From an uncultured Gemmatimonadales bacterium (GTDB lineage Bacteria > Gemmatimonadota > Gemmatimonadetes > Longimicrobiales > Gaopeijiaceae): 64,000 nt of DNA. Made by a program: the position numbers and the translations under genes. The first letter of the stretch is position 1, and the number at the start of each line of letters is the position of its first letter. Shown one piece after another: positions 23,371 through 35,000 of the stretch. The notes under the pieces are model-generated. The model was not told the origin of the DNA, did no database searches, and worked only from the letters and a program-made list of their open reading frames with translations. The stretch is from the NCBI GenBank assembly GCA_963823035.1, contig CAWGKG010000020.1:1-64000 (forward strand). The letters run 5' to 3'.

Positions 23371-26300
23371 CTACCAACCCGGGTCGTGGTCGTAGATCGC
23401 GAAGTCGTCCACGAAGAACTCTGTCCGCTCGGTGAACCCGGAATTGGACCACCCCATGATGTAGCCGTTCTTCAGGGCGGTCTTTGACATCCTGCGAGCG
23501 TTCCAGAAGTCCCCGTCGGTCTTCGAAAGGACCAGCTTTCCGTTGACCCACATCTTGATGACGCCGTCGAGTGCATTGGCGCCCGGTGGCTGCCTTGAAC
23601 TCGATGCGACGCGGTTCCACTTCCCCGCGCTTGAGCGGGCCGCGCATCACCGATGAAGGGGTCGGGCGCGCCGATCTGCGCGTTGAACCCGTTGCTGGTC
23701 ATCCGAGTCGTTGGGTGCGGCGTGGAGGTCATCGGGCGCAGCCTGCTGTCGCCCTTCTTCCCGTTGCTCGGCCTGTACTCGAATGCGAACTCGCCAGTCA
23801 CTCTTGTTGCCGTAATCGTCGCGCCAGAAGCTGGCGAACTTGTTGTTTTCCGACTCGCTGCCTGCTTCCGGTGATAGAAGTTCTCCGGCACATAGAGCAT
23901 GTACTCGATCCACACTGCCGGCAGGTAGTCGCCGAAGCGCGAACCGCTGCTCGGACCAGGACATCTTCCCGGGCGCGTCCGGGCCGTACGTGAACTTCAA
24001 GCTGTAGTCGTCGGAATACGCTCGCTCGCTCGACACCTTGGTGTGCGGCGCGGACCGCCATGAGTATCCGCTTCGCTCCGCGGCTGCGGGCCCCCGTGGA
24101 GAAGTCGTCCTTGAAGACCGGCCCCGCCCGAGCCCCCCGACCCCGCACCCGCCCGTCACCGAGTCGGAGACCGATAGCGACGCGCTGCCCGTGACACCGC
24201 CCGACGTCGCCTTGATCTTCGTACTTCCGGCTGCCTTCGCCGTCACCAGCCCGGAGGCGGTCACCGTGGCCACGGACGGGTCGGCCGAGCTCCACGTCAC
24301 GCTCGCGCCCGGGATGGCGAACCCGTTCGCGCTGGAGGAGTCGGGAGCTCCACGTCACGTTCGCGCCCGGGATGCGCGAACCCGTTCGCGTCCTTCACGG
24401 ACGCGGCGAACTGCTTGGTGTCGCCGGGATGCATCTGGCCGGGGGACGCCGGGGACAGGACGACCTTGTCCGCCACCGGATCGACCGTGACCACCGTCGT
24501 GTCGGCCCCGCAGCACGACGCGGTGACCACGATCTTGGACTCTCCTCGGGCACGGGCGGTCACGCGCCCGGAGGCGTTGACCGTCGCGACCTTGGTGTCG
24601 AGGCTCTTCCAGGTGAAGCCGGCGTTCTTCACCGACGCTCCGCTGGCGTCCGTGGCGGTGGCCGAGAGCGTGCGCGAGGCCTCGAGCGCCTCGAGGGACA
24701 CCCGTGCCGGTGTCAGTCCGACGCTTCCGCCTTTGCCGTTCTTCTTCTTGGACGCCGTCGTCGTCCCGGACACCTTGTTCGATCGATCGCCGAGCACCGC
24801 GTCCTTCCCGAGCTCGCCCCGGTAGGAAACCAGCCGGAACTCGTACTTCGTACCGGCTCGAGTCCCTCGAACGTGTAGCGCCGGGGGCCGGTGTCCGCAG
24901 TGCCCGGCAGCGAGACCTCGGTGGCCTCGTCCGCTTGCCAGGAGATCGCGGGCGTGCCGTACCGCAGCGCGTAGTTGGCCGGGTGCCCGGTGCCGTCGTC
25001 CACCGGGGTCCACCGCAGGGTGACCGAGGAGGCCGTCACGGTGGTCACCTTCAGGTCGGTCACCGTTGCCGGGAGGGCCACCGCCTTGTCCCCGGTGCCA
25101 GCGTCGGCCACCGACAGCGTGGCGCTGCCCGCGACCCCACCCGAGGTCGCCTTGATCTTCGTACTTCCGGCTGCCTTCGCCGTCACCAGCCCCGAGCCGT
25201 TCACCGTGGCCACGGACGGGTCGGACGAGCTCCACGTCACGTTCGCGCCCGGGATCGCGAACCCGTTCGCGTCCTTCACGGACGCGGTGAACCGCTTCGA
25301 GTCCCCGGGGTTCATCTTGCCGGAGGGACGCCGTGGACAGGACGACCTTGTCCACGACCTGATCGACCGTGACCACGGTCGTGTCCGACCCGCAGCAGGC
25401 GGCGGTGACCACGATCTTGGCTTTCCCCGGAGCCCGGGCCGTGACGCGCCCCGAGTTGCTGACGGTCGCCACCTGGGTGTTGAGGCTCTTCCAGGTGAAG
25501 CCGGCGTTCTTCACCGACGCGCCGCTGGCGTCCGTGGCGGTGGCCGAGAGCGTGCGCGAGGCCTCGAGCGCCTCGAGGGACACCCGTGCCGGTGTCAGTC
25601 CGACGCTTCCGCCTTTGTCGTTCTTGCGGCTTGGACGCCGTCGTCTCCGGACACCTTGTTCGATCGATCGCCGAGCACCGCGTTCTTCCCGAGCTCGCCC
25701 CGGTAGGAAACCAGCCGGAACTCGTACTTCGTACCTGGCCTCGAGTCCCTCGAACGTGTAGCGCCGGGGGCCGGTGTCCGCGGTGCCCGGCAGCGAGACC
25801 TCGGTGGCCTCGTCCGCCTGCCAGGAGATCGAGGGCGTGCCGTACCGCAGCGCGTAGTTGGCCGGGTGCCCCGTGCCGTCGTCCACCGGGGTCCACCGCA
25901 GGGTGACCGACGGAGGCCGTCACCGTGGTCACCTTCAGGTCGGTCACCGCTGCCGGGAGGGCAGCCACTGCATGGTCGGCCGGCGTCGCGGTCGCGGTGA
26001 AGACCACGGATCCGATCCCGGCGCCGTCGGCGCGGGCCATGTAGATGCCCGGCTGCGTCCCGAAGGTCAGCGTCGTCTCCGCGTACCCGCGCGCGTCCGT
26101 CTTGCTCGAGGCCGGCGAGAAGCTGCCGCGCCCGTGCCCGGCACCGACCAGTTCACGGCGGCACCGACCACCGGCGTGCCGGAGGCCGTCGTCAGCGCGC
26201 ACCTTGAGCGGACGCGGGAGCGTCGAGCGGATCGCGCCGACCTGTCCATTGCCCGACGCGATGGCCAGGTCGGCGCGATCTTGCTGGAGCCGGAGACCCG

Positions 26301-27598
26301 GACGATGGCGGTCTCCTCCAGGTTGGCGGCGCTCGCCGTGAGCCTCACCACGCCCGGCGTGTTCGCCGTGAGCTCACCGTTGCCGTCGACGCTGGCCACC
26401 GAGGGATCCGACGACGTCCACGCCACCTGGAGCTGGGAAACCCGGTTGCCGAACTCGGTCCCGCGGTGAGACGGAGAACGACGCGACATCGCCCACGTCC
26501 ACCGTCTCCTTGGTGGGGCTGAGATCCAGCGCCGTCGGCCTGGCCCGGAGCGACCGAGGTGTCGAAGGTCACGTTGGCAGGAGGCGGCATCAAGTTGGCG
26601 GCGTCCTGCCCGGCATGTGCGGTGGTGGATAGGCCTGGCCACGGTCGCCGACGCGTGCTGGGGTCCGACGCCCGAGCCGACCTGCCAGCGCACCGAGGAG
26701 CGTCCGTCCTCGCCGGTCACGAGGTCAGGGTCTCCGCGGCGTCTGCGTCGCTCGGCGCTGGCATCGTGACCCTTCCCGGAGCTGAACGACCAGGTCACCT
26801 GCACGCCCGCCAGGGGGTTCCCGAAGCGAGTCCGGCAGCTCCAGCGTCAGGGGGTCCGAAAGCGGCTCCCCGGCGACCGACTCGCTGGTCCGCTCCCTCG
26901 ACGGCTCGCGCCCTGGCGGAGGCGATGTCCGGCAGGGCTTCGACCGGGAAACGTCACCGCCTCCATACCTTGCACGGACGCGCGCACGAGCTGTCTGCCG
27001 GGCCTCCCGCCCAACGTCCAGGCGCTACGCGCCGTGCCCTCGGCACCGGTCAGTCGCCGTCTCCTGTGAGAGCGTGCCGCCCCCGCTCACGACCTCGAAC
27101 CGGACGGGCACGCCTTCGACCAGCTTCCCCGCTCGTTCAGCACCTGTACGGCAGGCTGTCGTTGAAATCCCTGCCGACGACCCCGGTGGTCGCCGGGCGA
27201 GCCGACGCGCCGAAGCAGGGCCGGCGGGGCAGGCGAGACCGAGCCCACGGCCTTCGCGGTCGAGGCTCCCACCTCGGCGGTGACCGTCACGTTCCTGTTC
27301 TGGTTCAACGCCACCAGCGTCCGGCCGTCGAGCACCTGCGCCGCGGACGAGGGCTCCACGACCCAATGGATCCGCGAGGCGGGGATCGTGAGCTCGCCCG
27401 TCTTCACCTGGAGCGAGACGGAGTCCCCCTCTCGAAGGTGGAACGCGGCCGGGCTGAGCTCGATCGGAGGGGAGCTGCGCCCGCCGTCGAGCTCATAGGC
27501 CACGACGTCGCTGATGCGACGTCGCTGCAGCCGGCGAACGTGAGGAGGAGGAGGGACGGAGCGACGATCTGGGAGAGCGTGCGGGTAGTTCTCGGCAT
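23371..27598 (-). CDS. Second large Ig/FN3 lipoprotein with the same C-terminal lyase-like domain (heavily frameshifted)
   Basis: MPRTTRTL...LLLLTFAGC lipobox; TLRWTPVDDG FN3 units; Big_2 units; C-terminal WIEYMLYVPENF and GYIMGWSNSGFTERTEFFVDDFAIYDHDPGW*. Confidence 0.7.
24180..25960. repeat. Intragenic tandem duplication, about 0.9 kb x2 (FN3 + Big_2 + Big_2)
   Basis: Near-identical blocks. cttgatcttcgtacttccggctgccttcgcc occurs at 24211 and 25151; gcctcgagggacacccgtgccggtgtcagtccgacgcttcc occurs at ~24688 and ~25570. Confidence 0.9.
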
Positions 27599-27680
27599 GT
27601 CTCGGGACCGGGGGGCTAACGCCCTCGAGTTGCGGCGAACAGGACAGGAATTGAACGGCTGTTGGAGTTCCACAACAGGC

Positions 27681-27696
27681 AGCAAGTCGCGTGCCG
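27681..27696 (-). promoter_or_regulatory. sigma54 promoter upstream of Ig/lyase gene 2
   Basis: CGGCACGCGACTTGCT (GG-N10-GC, TTGC), about 83 bp before the ATG at 27598. Confidence 0.78.
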
Positions 27697-27702
27697 ATCC
27701 TT

Positions 27703-28935
27703 CTATTCTGCGGCTTTTCGAAGGAGTGTGGCGACACCCCTCCGGTCCGTGTCGTCTACCCACGAGTGCGTCGGGAGCGTGAAGAGCTGCCCCGCGAGCT
27801 CCCTCGCGCCGGGCGTGGGACTTCCTCCACTTCCGGCCAGCCGGCCGCCGAGCGCGGGGAGCTCCGGGAGCGACCTCGGGTAGCCCGCGGCCAGCCCCAG
27901 ACGGCGCCCGGACCGCACCAGCTCGTCCCGCGTGGTCGCGTCCCGGGCGATCGCGGGCAGTCTCAGGTAGCCGCAGATCCCGCCCGCGATCGGTCGTGGC
28001 ACGCGGCCGAGGGTCGGGAGACGTTGGGGCTCCGCCAGCACGTCGGCCTGCCACGCCGCTGCCGCAGCACGCCTCGCTCCCACCTCGCCGCCCGCCAGAT
28101 CGACGACCGCGAGCGCGGCGGCGGCGGCGAAGGGGGCCATGGCGCCCGTGGCGGTCGGCACCTTGTAGTGGGTCTCGCCGAGGGCGAGCGCGGGAATCGA
28201 GGACGGGAGTCCGTAGAGCCAGGGACGCCCCAGCGCCCACTGCGCCAGGGACAGGGCGAGCGCGCGCACGTTCTCGGTGAGGCGGCTGGCGCGCGGGTCC
28301 ATCGAGCTCAGGGCCAGGTCGCTTCCCGGCCGCTCCAGGTAGCGGGATCGCAGCAGGAGCGCGCCACCGCCTCCCCCGGTCCAGCCCTTTCCACGCCCGA
28401 AGCTGAGCACCGTGAGGTCACCGAACGATCCACTCTCCTTCCCCGCCCAACCGCTGCCGAGCCCCTGCGCCGCATCCTCTACGAGCAGTGTCCCCGCGGC
28501 TTCGCATTCCCGGCGGAGCCAGCCCCAGTCCAGCGGAAAGCCGTACAGGCTGTTGGCCACCAGCACGCCCGCTCCATCGGCGAGCGCGCGACGAACGCTC
28601 TCGGCGTCGGGGCAGAGCGAGCCCGGGTCGAGGTCGTAGAACAGCACGGAGACGCCGGCCCCCACGGCAGCCGTGACGACGTCGTAGCAGGAGTAGGCCG
28701 GAAGGGCGACGGGTCGACCCGCCCACGGCTCCGTGGCGGAGGCGAGGGCGAGGGCGGTCTGGAGCGCGTGGGTCCCGCTCGACGTGAGCAGGGCCGTCGG
28801 AGCCTGATATCGGGTGCGGAGCAGGCCCGCGAGATCGTCTCTCGCCCGCCCCGGCGTCAGTCCGGCGCGCACGGCGGCGCCGATCAGCTTTCCGGGCGCG
28901 AGGGGGGAATAGGCCGGAAGCTGGCAGCGGCTCAC
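27703..28935 (-). CDS. DegT/DnrJ/EryC1/StrS family sugar aminotransferase
   Basis: TSSGTHAL, PAYSC, VEDAAQGLG, PLP lysine in SFGRGKG, and LFTLPTH. Confidence 0.82.
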   Translation of the reverse strand: MSRCQLPAYSPLAPGKLIGAAVRAGLTPGRARDDLAGLLRTRYQAPTALLTSSGTHALQTALALASATEPWAGRPVALPAYSCYDVVTAAVGAGVSVLFYDLDPGSLCPDAESVRRALADGAGVLVANSLYGFPLDWGWLRRECEAAGTLLVEDAAQGLGSGWAGKESGSFGDLTVLSFGRGKGWTGGGGGALLLRSRYLERPGSDLALSSMDPRASRLTENVRALALSLAQWALGRPWLYGLPSSIPALALGETHYKVPTATGAMAPFAAAAALAVVDLAGGEVGARRAAAAAWQADVLAEPQRLPTLGRVPRPIAGGICGYLRLPAIARDATTRDELVRSGRRLGLAAGYPRSLPELPALGGRLAGSGGSPTPGARELAGQLFTLPTHSWVDDTDRRGVATLLRKAAE

Positions 28936-29966
28936 GGCAGCAGGCGGGCCAGCGGCGGCCCGAGCCGGTTCGTCACCGCGACGGGGAGGCGGCTCCAGAC
29001 GCGGGTCGCCAGCCTGAACTTCGCCGAGTCGGGGTTGGGGGTCGATGCGACGCCTGCCGGGGACCACTGGCTCCAGGGGAGGGGGAGATCGTCGCCGCCC
29101 CACTGGCGCTTGAAGCGATGCGTGCCGGAGTCGGGGGAGCACCGGCCGAAGTTGAAGGCGCTCGCCCCCTTCCGTATCGATTCCTCCATCAGCGACCAGT
29201 AGAGCAGCATGTTCGGCGCCATCCGGCTCGCTTCCCGAAGCGCGCCTGCCCACGTGATCTCGAACTCGCCGTTCCAGAGGAAGCCGCAACCGGCCGCCAG
29301 GGCCGTGCCCTCGTGCTCGATCACGCAGAACGTGACGTGATCGTGGAGATGCTCGGCGATGGAGGAGAAGAACCGCCGTGGGAGCACGGGCGTGCCCAGG
29401 TCGCGCATGGTCCGCGAGAACACGTCGTAGAAGGGGTCCAGGTACTCGTGTCCGAACCGGGCGACCATGCCTTCCTTCATGGGCCGGCGGACCTGGCTCC
29501 TGACCTTCGCCTTCAGGCCGTTCTCCCAGAGCGCCTCCGCCGACGTCCCGAGCGGCATGAGCACGGTCAGCTTCCGATCCGAGGTCGCGAAGCTCCCCGG
29601 CACCGGCGCTCGGCCCCGGAGCTCGAGGAGGTCCACGCCCGCCCGCCGTGCCTCCGCCACGGCCTCCTCGCCGAGCGCGGCGCGCGCCTCCTCCGTGCCC
29701 AGTGGGCCGCCGTCGTTCAGAAAGGGCATGGACAGCAGATAGTCGCCGAAGAGACGGCTTCGCACCCGAACCAGCGGCAGCAAGCCGCACGGGTGGCCTT
29801 CCTCGTCGACCGCCAGCCGGTAGAGCGTCTCGTGGCCCATGGCGTCCTGCATCACGTGACGCCAGCCCGCGAGATGGCAGGCGGTGCCGCCGGGCAGCTC
29901 CGCGACGAGGCGGTCCCAATCCCCGTCGGATCCTTCGAAGGGGACGACCTGGAGACGAGGGGTCAT
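28932..29966 (-). CDS. FemAB-related protein, PEP-CTERM/XrtA system-associated
   Basis: SMPFLNDGGP, VRSQVRR, MRDLGTPV, PNMLLYW and FNFGRC..SGTHRFKRQWG. Confidence 0.88.
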   Translation of the reverse strand: MTPRLQVVPFEGSDGDWDRLVAELPGGTACHLAGWRHVMQDAMGHETLYRLAVDEEGHPCGLLPLVRVRSRLFGDYLLSMPFLNDGGPLGTEEARAALGEEAVAEARRAGVDLLELRGRAPVPGSFATSDRKLTVLMPLGTSAEALWENGLKAKVRSQVRRPMKEGMVARFGHEYLDPFYDVFSRTMRDLGTPVLPRRFFSSIAEHLHDHVTFCVIEHEGTALAAGCGFLWNGEFEITWAGALREASRMAPNMLLYWSLMEESIRKGASAFNFGRCSPDSGTHRFKRQWGGDDLPLPWSQWSPAGVASTPNPDSAKFRLATRVWSRLPVAVTNRLGPPLARLLP

Positions 29967-30835
29967 GCCTCGGGAACGCCCGTCGGTGTCAGAAGGGTCG
30001 CGACGGTCTCCCGGATCGGCCTGAACCGGTACCGACGGGTCACGGCACCCACGCGCCGCCACATGTGGCGGATCCCGCCCCGCATGCGCAGCTGCGTGAG
30101 CCACGGTCCGGGGAAGGCCGGCAGGGCACGGTCGAACTCCCACGGGTGCATGTAGAGCGTGCCGGGCACCCCACGCCGTGCGGCGGAGGAGAGCGCCGCC
30201 CGCAGGAGCGCCACGGGGAAGAAGCGCAGGTAGGCGCCGCCGGCGGCGGGGAGGATCAGGCTGCCGACCCGGAGGGTCGCGGGGGGTACTTCGGCCAGCC
30301 GGCCCCCGGGCCGCTCGAGGACGTGAGGGTCTCGATCGGCGTCGGGGTACCCGTAGGAGGGGTGGACCTTCACCGGAAAGACGCTGGAGTCGTAGCGATA
30401 GCCCTCCTCGAGCAGGACGTCGAAGGCCCACTCGAAGCCCGGCAGGATGGAGAAGCTGGGGGCGCGGTACCCGATCACCGCCTCGCCCGCCTGGTCCTCC
30501 AGCAGCGCGCGGCTGCGCCGCACCTCGTCACGGAATGCGTCGGGCGTGAGATGCGTGACCCTGCGGTGCGTCCATCCGTGCGATGCGATCTCGTGACCCG
30601 CCGCGGCGATCGCCTTGACGAGCGACGGCTCCCTCTCGGCGAGCCATCCGAGCACGAAGAAGGTGCCGCGCACGCCTCGGCTGGCGAGGTGATCGAGGAT
30701 CTGCGGCACGAGCGTGGTCGATCGCCGCGGCAGCTCGTCCCAGGAGTCCGGCGGGATGAGGGTCTCCAACGCGGTCGGGTGGAAGAACTCCTCGACGTCG
30801 ACCGTGAAGTGGTGGAAGCTCTCGGATGAGGTCAA
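29963..30835 (-). CDS. XrtA-system polysaccharide deacetylase (DUF3473 C-terminus)
   Basis: FTVDVEEFF, TFFVLGW, HEIASHGWTH, GYRAPSFS, YDSSVFP, AGGAYLR and YMHPWEFD. Confidence 0.92.
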   Translation of the reverse strand: MTSSESFHHFTVDVEEFFHPTALETLIPPDSWDELPRRSTTLVPQILDHLASRGVRGTFFVLGWLAEREPSLVKAIAAAGHEIASHGWTHRRVTHLTPDAFRDEVRRSRALLEDQAGEAVIGYRAPSFSILPGFEWAFDVLLEEGYRYDSSVFPVKVHPSYGYPDADRDPHVLERPGGRLAEVPPATLRVGSLILPAAGGAYLRFFPVALLRAALSSAARRGVPGTLYMHPWEFDRALPAFPGPWLTQLRMRGGIRHMWRRVGAVTRRYRFRPIRETVATLLTPTGVPEA

Positions 30836-31425
30836 AGGGGCTGCTCTCTCCCGGGCGCGGCCCGTGGTGCACCGCGGCGGGCGACGAAGGGGAGGAGCGC
30901 GCCAAGGCACCGGTCGATTCGCTCGAAGGAAGAGCGAAAGACCTCCGGAGACTGCCCCCAGGGATCCCGGATGGTCCGACGGCCCGGCCTCTCGGGATCG
31001 AGGTCACCCAGCGACGATGATCGGGGCGTTCCGCCCACGGCGTCCCGACGTACTCGCCGCGCCTGGCGCGGGTCCATGACCACGACGAGGTCGTGGCGGC
31101 GGACGAGCTCCGCGGAGACCACTTTGGAAACGTGAGCCGCGACCTCCACGCCCCGCTCGCGCGCGATGAGCTGAGCGTCTTCGGGAGGGTTCCGGTCGGG
31201 ACCGATGAAGCCCGCGGAGTCGACGCGCGTCTCGGGCGACATCTTGTGAAACGAGGCCTCTGCGTACGGACTGCGGCAGACATTGCCCAGGCAGATGAAG
31301 AGCACCGAGTCCACGGGCCACGCTGCCTCGAGTCGGTTCGTCGCACGCGCGCGCCGCAAGGGATGGAGGAGGGCATTGCCACGCTCCAGGATCCCCCGCG
31401 CAAAGGACCGCAACCATCGGACCAT
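30832..31425 (-). CDS. Low-molecular-weight protein-tyrosine phosphatase (Wzb-like)
   Basis: P-loop FICLGNVCRSP, plus SAG, VMD and DPW. Confidence 0.88.
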   Translation of the reverse strand: MVRWLRSFARGILERGNALLHPLRRARATNRLEAAWPVDSVLFICLGNVCRSPYAEASFHKMSPETRVDSAGFIGPDRNPPEDAQLIARERGVEVAAHVSKVVSAELVRRHDLVVVMDPRQARRVRRDAVGGTPRSSSLGDLDPERPGRRTIRDPWGQSPEVFRSSFERIDRCLGALLPFVARRGAPRAAPGREQPL

Positions 31426-31887
31426 GTGACGAAGCTATTCACGACCCGCTCGCCGTACCAGGGTCGGGCGGCCCGCGCTCGCTGGGGTGCCGGCTGCCCG
31501 ATTTCCCCGCCGGGGCCGCGCAGCCGCGTCGGCCAACTCGCTGCGGATCGGCTGCGGATCGGCGGTTGCCGCAGTCGCCGGAGCGGCCGTACCCTTTTGC
31601 CGCCTCCCGGACAATAGTCCCCTCCTTCGCAAGGGTCGTGCCGCCGCGTTTGGCGCGCGTGCCCAACCGCGGTGGAATCAACGGCGTCGGCAGCGAAAGT
31701 GGTCCGTCGACCCTCCGCCGAAGGGCCGTGGCTCGCGGCAAAGATTGCCCATGCGGGGACCGAAGGGACGGGATCGGAGGCGATCCGGGAAGCGGGCCTT
31801 CACGGAGTGTGGCAGGCCGAGGATGCGGGTGTGGTGACTTTGTATCATCGAGGCCGGACATGCTGGAATGGCGCGCCTTGTGGGCTT

Positions 31888-31903
31888 CGGCACGCTAATT
31901 GCA
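31888..31903 (+). promoter_or_regulatory. sigma54 promoter upstream of the DUF4038-PKD lipoprotein
   Basis: CGGCACGCTAATTGCA (GG-N10-GC, TTGCA), about 140 bp before the ATG at 32044. Confidence 0.8.
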
Positions 31904-32043
31904 TTAAGTGCGGACGCTACTTCTCGTCCGGCTGTGGCCGCGCGATTTGGGGGGCCGCGAGAAGGGCGCCCCTTGAAGTACCTCGACCAAGACACGCTGC
32001 GTTCGCGCCGCCCGGTGCGACCTTTCCGAAGGACTTGACCCTG

Positions 32044-35000
32044 ATGAAGCGACTGTCCAGAAGCTGGCTTCTGGCACTTGGCGTCCTCGCCGTTGCGAGT
32101 TGTGAGCCCACGCGCCTGACGGAGGTATCCGAGATCCCGCAGGTGAGCGAGGCCCCGATCGGGGATCCGCTCGGCCTGAACCTCGCCGACCAGGCGGTGT
32201 CCTGGAGCTACTCCTACCCTCTCTCCGTCAGTTCCTCGGGGCACTACCTCGTGGACGAGACCGGCAAGCCCTACCTGCTGGTGGGCGATGCGGCCTGGTC
32301 GATGATCGGGCAGCTGAACAAGGCGGACGCGGATCGTCTATCTCGCCAGTCGCCGGGCCATGGGCTTCGACGCCATCCTCACGAACCTGATCGAGCACAA
32401 GTTCGCGAAGAACGCGCCCGCCAACATCGCCGGCGCGGCTCCCTTCACGGGCAAGGCGTTTGCGACGCCGAACGAGGCGTACTTCGCGCACGCCGACTAC
32501 ATCATCCAGTCCGCGGCGAACAACGGCATCCTCGTGTTGCTGGCGCCGCTGTACCTCGGCTACAACTGCCTGGATCAGGGGTGGTGCGCGGAGGTGAAGG
32601 CCGCCACGCAGGCGGAGATGTACGCCTGGGGTCGATGGGTCGGGAACCGCTACAAGAACTTCGACAACATCATGTGGGTGATCGGGGGTGACACGGATCC
32701 CTCCCCGGTGAAGGCGAAGGTCCAGGCCATGGTGGACGGCATCCTCTCCGTGGATACCCGGCACCCCTTCACGGCCCACAACGCGCGCGGCCAGACGGCG
32801 GTCGCAGCCCTGGGGTGGGGCTTCGTGGCTGAACGTCAACAACATCTACCCGAGGCAGCACGGACTACGCGAGCGCCCTTTCGGCGTACGACGGTCCCTC
32901 GCTGCCCTTCTTCCATATCGAATCGCGCTACGATGGCGAGGGTCCGAATGCGCAGCAGTTGCGGTACCAGACCTACGGAACGAGCCTCTCCGGCTCGTTC
33001 GGCCACGTGTACGGCAACTGCCCGATGTGGAGCTTCAACGCGCCCTCCGCTTCGAGCTTCTGCGACGTGCCCGGGTTGAGCTGGCAGAGCCAGCTCGGCG
33101 TCCAGGGAGCGCTGAACATGCGCTACGCCCGGCTGCTCTTCGAGTCCCGGAACTGGCACAAGCTGGTGCCCGACCAGGGCCATACTGCCGTAACCGCCGG
33201 CCTGGGAACCAAGGGTGGGACCGACTACGTGACGGCCGCCTATGGGTCGGACGGCTCCTCGATCATCGCCTACCTGCCTTCCTCGCGTACGGTCACCGTG
33301 AACGGAGGCGTCCTTTCGGGCAGCACCATGAAGGTGTGGTGGTACAAGCCCGCCACCGGAGTCGCTACCTCGGTGGGCACCTTCCCGACCTCCAGCCCCA
33401 GGACCTTCACGCCCGCCGCGTCGGGCGACTGGGTGCTCGTCGTCGACGACGCAGCGCGCGGTTTCGGGGCACCGGGCGACCTCGGAGCGCTCCGCCCCAC
33501 CGAACGCGCCCCCGACGGCGAGCTTCACACAGACGTGCACGGGCCTGAGCTGTCACGTTCACGGACGCGAGCTCCGACAGTGACGGCAACATCGCGAGTC
33601 GCTCGTGGACGTTCGGTGACGGCGGCACGTCTGCCGCGACCAACCCGACGCACGGCTACCCATCGGCCGGCACGTACACGGTGAAGCTGACGGTCACGGA
33701 CGACGGCGGGGCGACGGCGTCGTTCACCAAGAGCGTGACCGTGACGGCGGTCGGGAAACGCGCCACCCACGGCGGACTTCACCGCAGACGTGCACGGGCC
33801 TGAGCTGTGAGTTCACGGACGAGAGCTCCGACAGCGACGGTGGCATCCCGGGCCGCTGGTGGACGTTCGGGGACGGCGGCGCGGCTCCCGGGCGCACGCC
33901 GACCCACACGTACGCCGCGGCCGGCACCTACGAGGTGAAGCTGGCGGTCACGGACAACGACGGGGCGACGGCGTCGATCACCAAGAGCGTGACCGTCGGC
34001 GCAGCGAAACGCGGCGCCCACGCGCGAGCTTCGCCGAGACGTGCACGGGCCTGAGCTGTCACGTTCACGGACGCGAGCTCCGACAGCGACGGCAACATCG
34101 CGAGCCGCTCGTGGACGTTCGGGGACGGCGGCACGTCTGCCGCGGCCAACCCGACGCACAGCTACGCCTCGGCCGGCACCTACACGGTGAAGCTGGCGGT
34201 CACGGACGACGACGGGGCGACGGCCACGGTCACGAAGAGCGTGACCGTCGCGGACCGGGAACGCGCCACCGACGGCGAGCTTCACCGCGACGTGCACGGG
34301 CCTGAGCTGTGCGTTCGCGGACGAGAGCTCCGACAGCGACGGTAGCTCCCGGGCCGCTGGTGGACCTTCGGGGACGGCGGCGCCGCTCCCGGGCGCACGC
34401 CGACGCACACGTACGCTGCGGCCGGCACCTACGACGGTGAAGCTGGCGGTCACGGACGACGACGGAGCGACGGCGGCGTCACCAAGAGCGTGACCGTGGG
34501 GGAGCGAACGCGGCGCCGACCGCGAGCTTCACCGGCGGCGTGCACGGGCCTGAGCTGTGCGTTCACGGACGCGAGCTCCGACAGCGACGGCAACATCGCG
34601 AGTCGCTCGTGGACGTTCGGGGACGGCGGCACGTCTGCCGCGACCAACCCGACGCACGGCTACGCCGTCGGCCGGCACGTACACGGTGAAGCTGACCGTC
34701 ACGGACGACGACGGGGCGACGGCGACGGTCACGAAGAGCGTGACCGTCGCGGCGGCGGGCAACGTGCCACCTACGGCGAGCTTCACGGCGACGTGCACGG
34801 GCCTGAGCTGTGCGTTCACGGACGAGAGCTCCGACAGCGACGGCTCGCATCCCGTCGCTGGTGGACGTTCGGGGACGGCGGCGCGGCCCCCGGGCGCAAC
34901 CCGACCCACACGTACGCCGCGGCCGGCACCTACGCGGTGAAGCTGGCGGTCAAGGACAACGACGGGGCGACGGCGTCGTTCACCAAGAGCGTGACCGTCG

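Noticed and set aside
24287..24390. ~45-bp local direct duplication
   Set aside because: It is absent from the sister repeat at ~25230 and breaks the frame, so it is probably a consensus artefact.
26800..27060. Possible insertion within Ig gene 2
   Set aside because: The sequence is garbled with no boundaries or target duplication and cannot be distinguished from local low quality.
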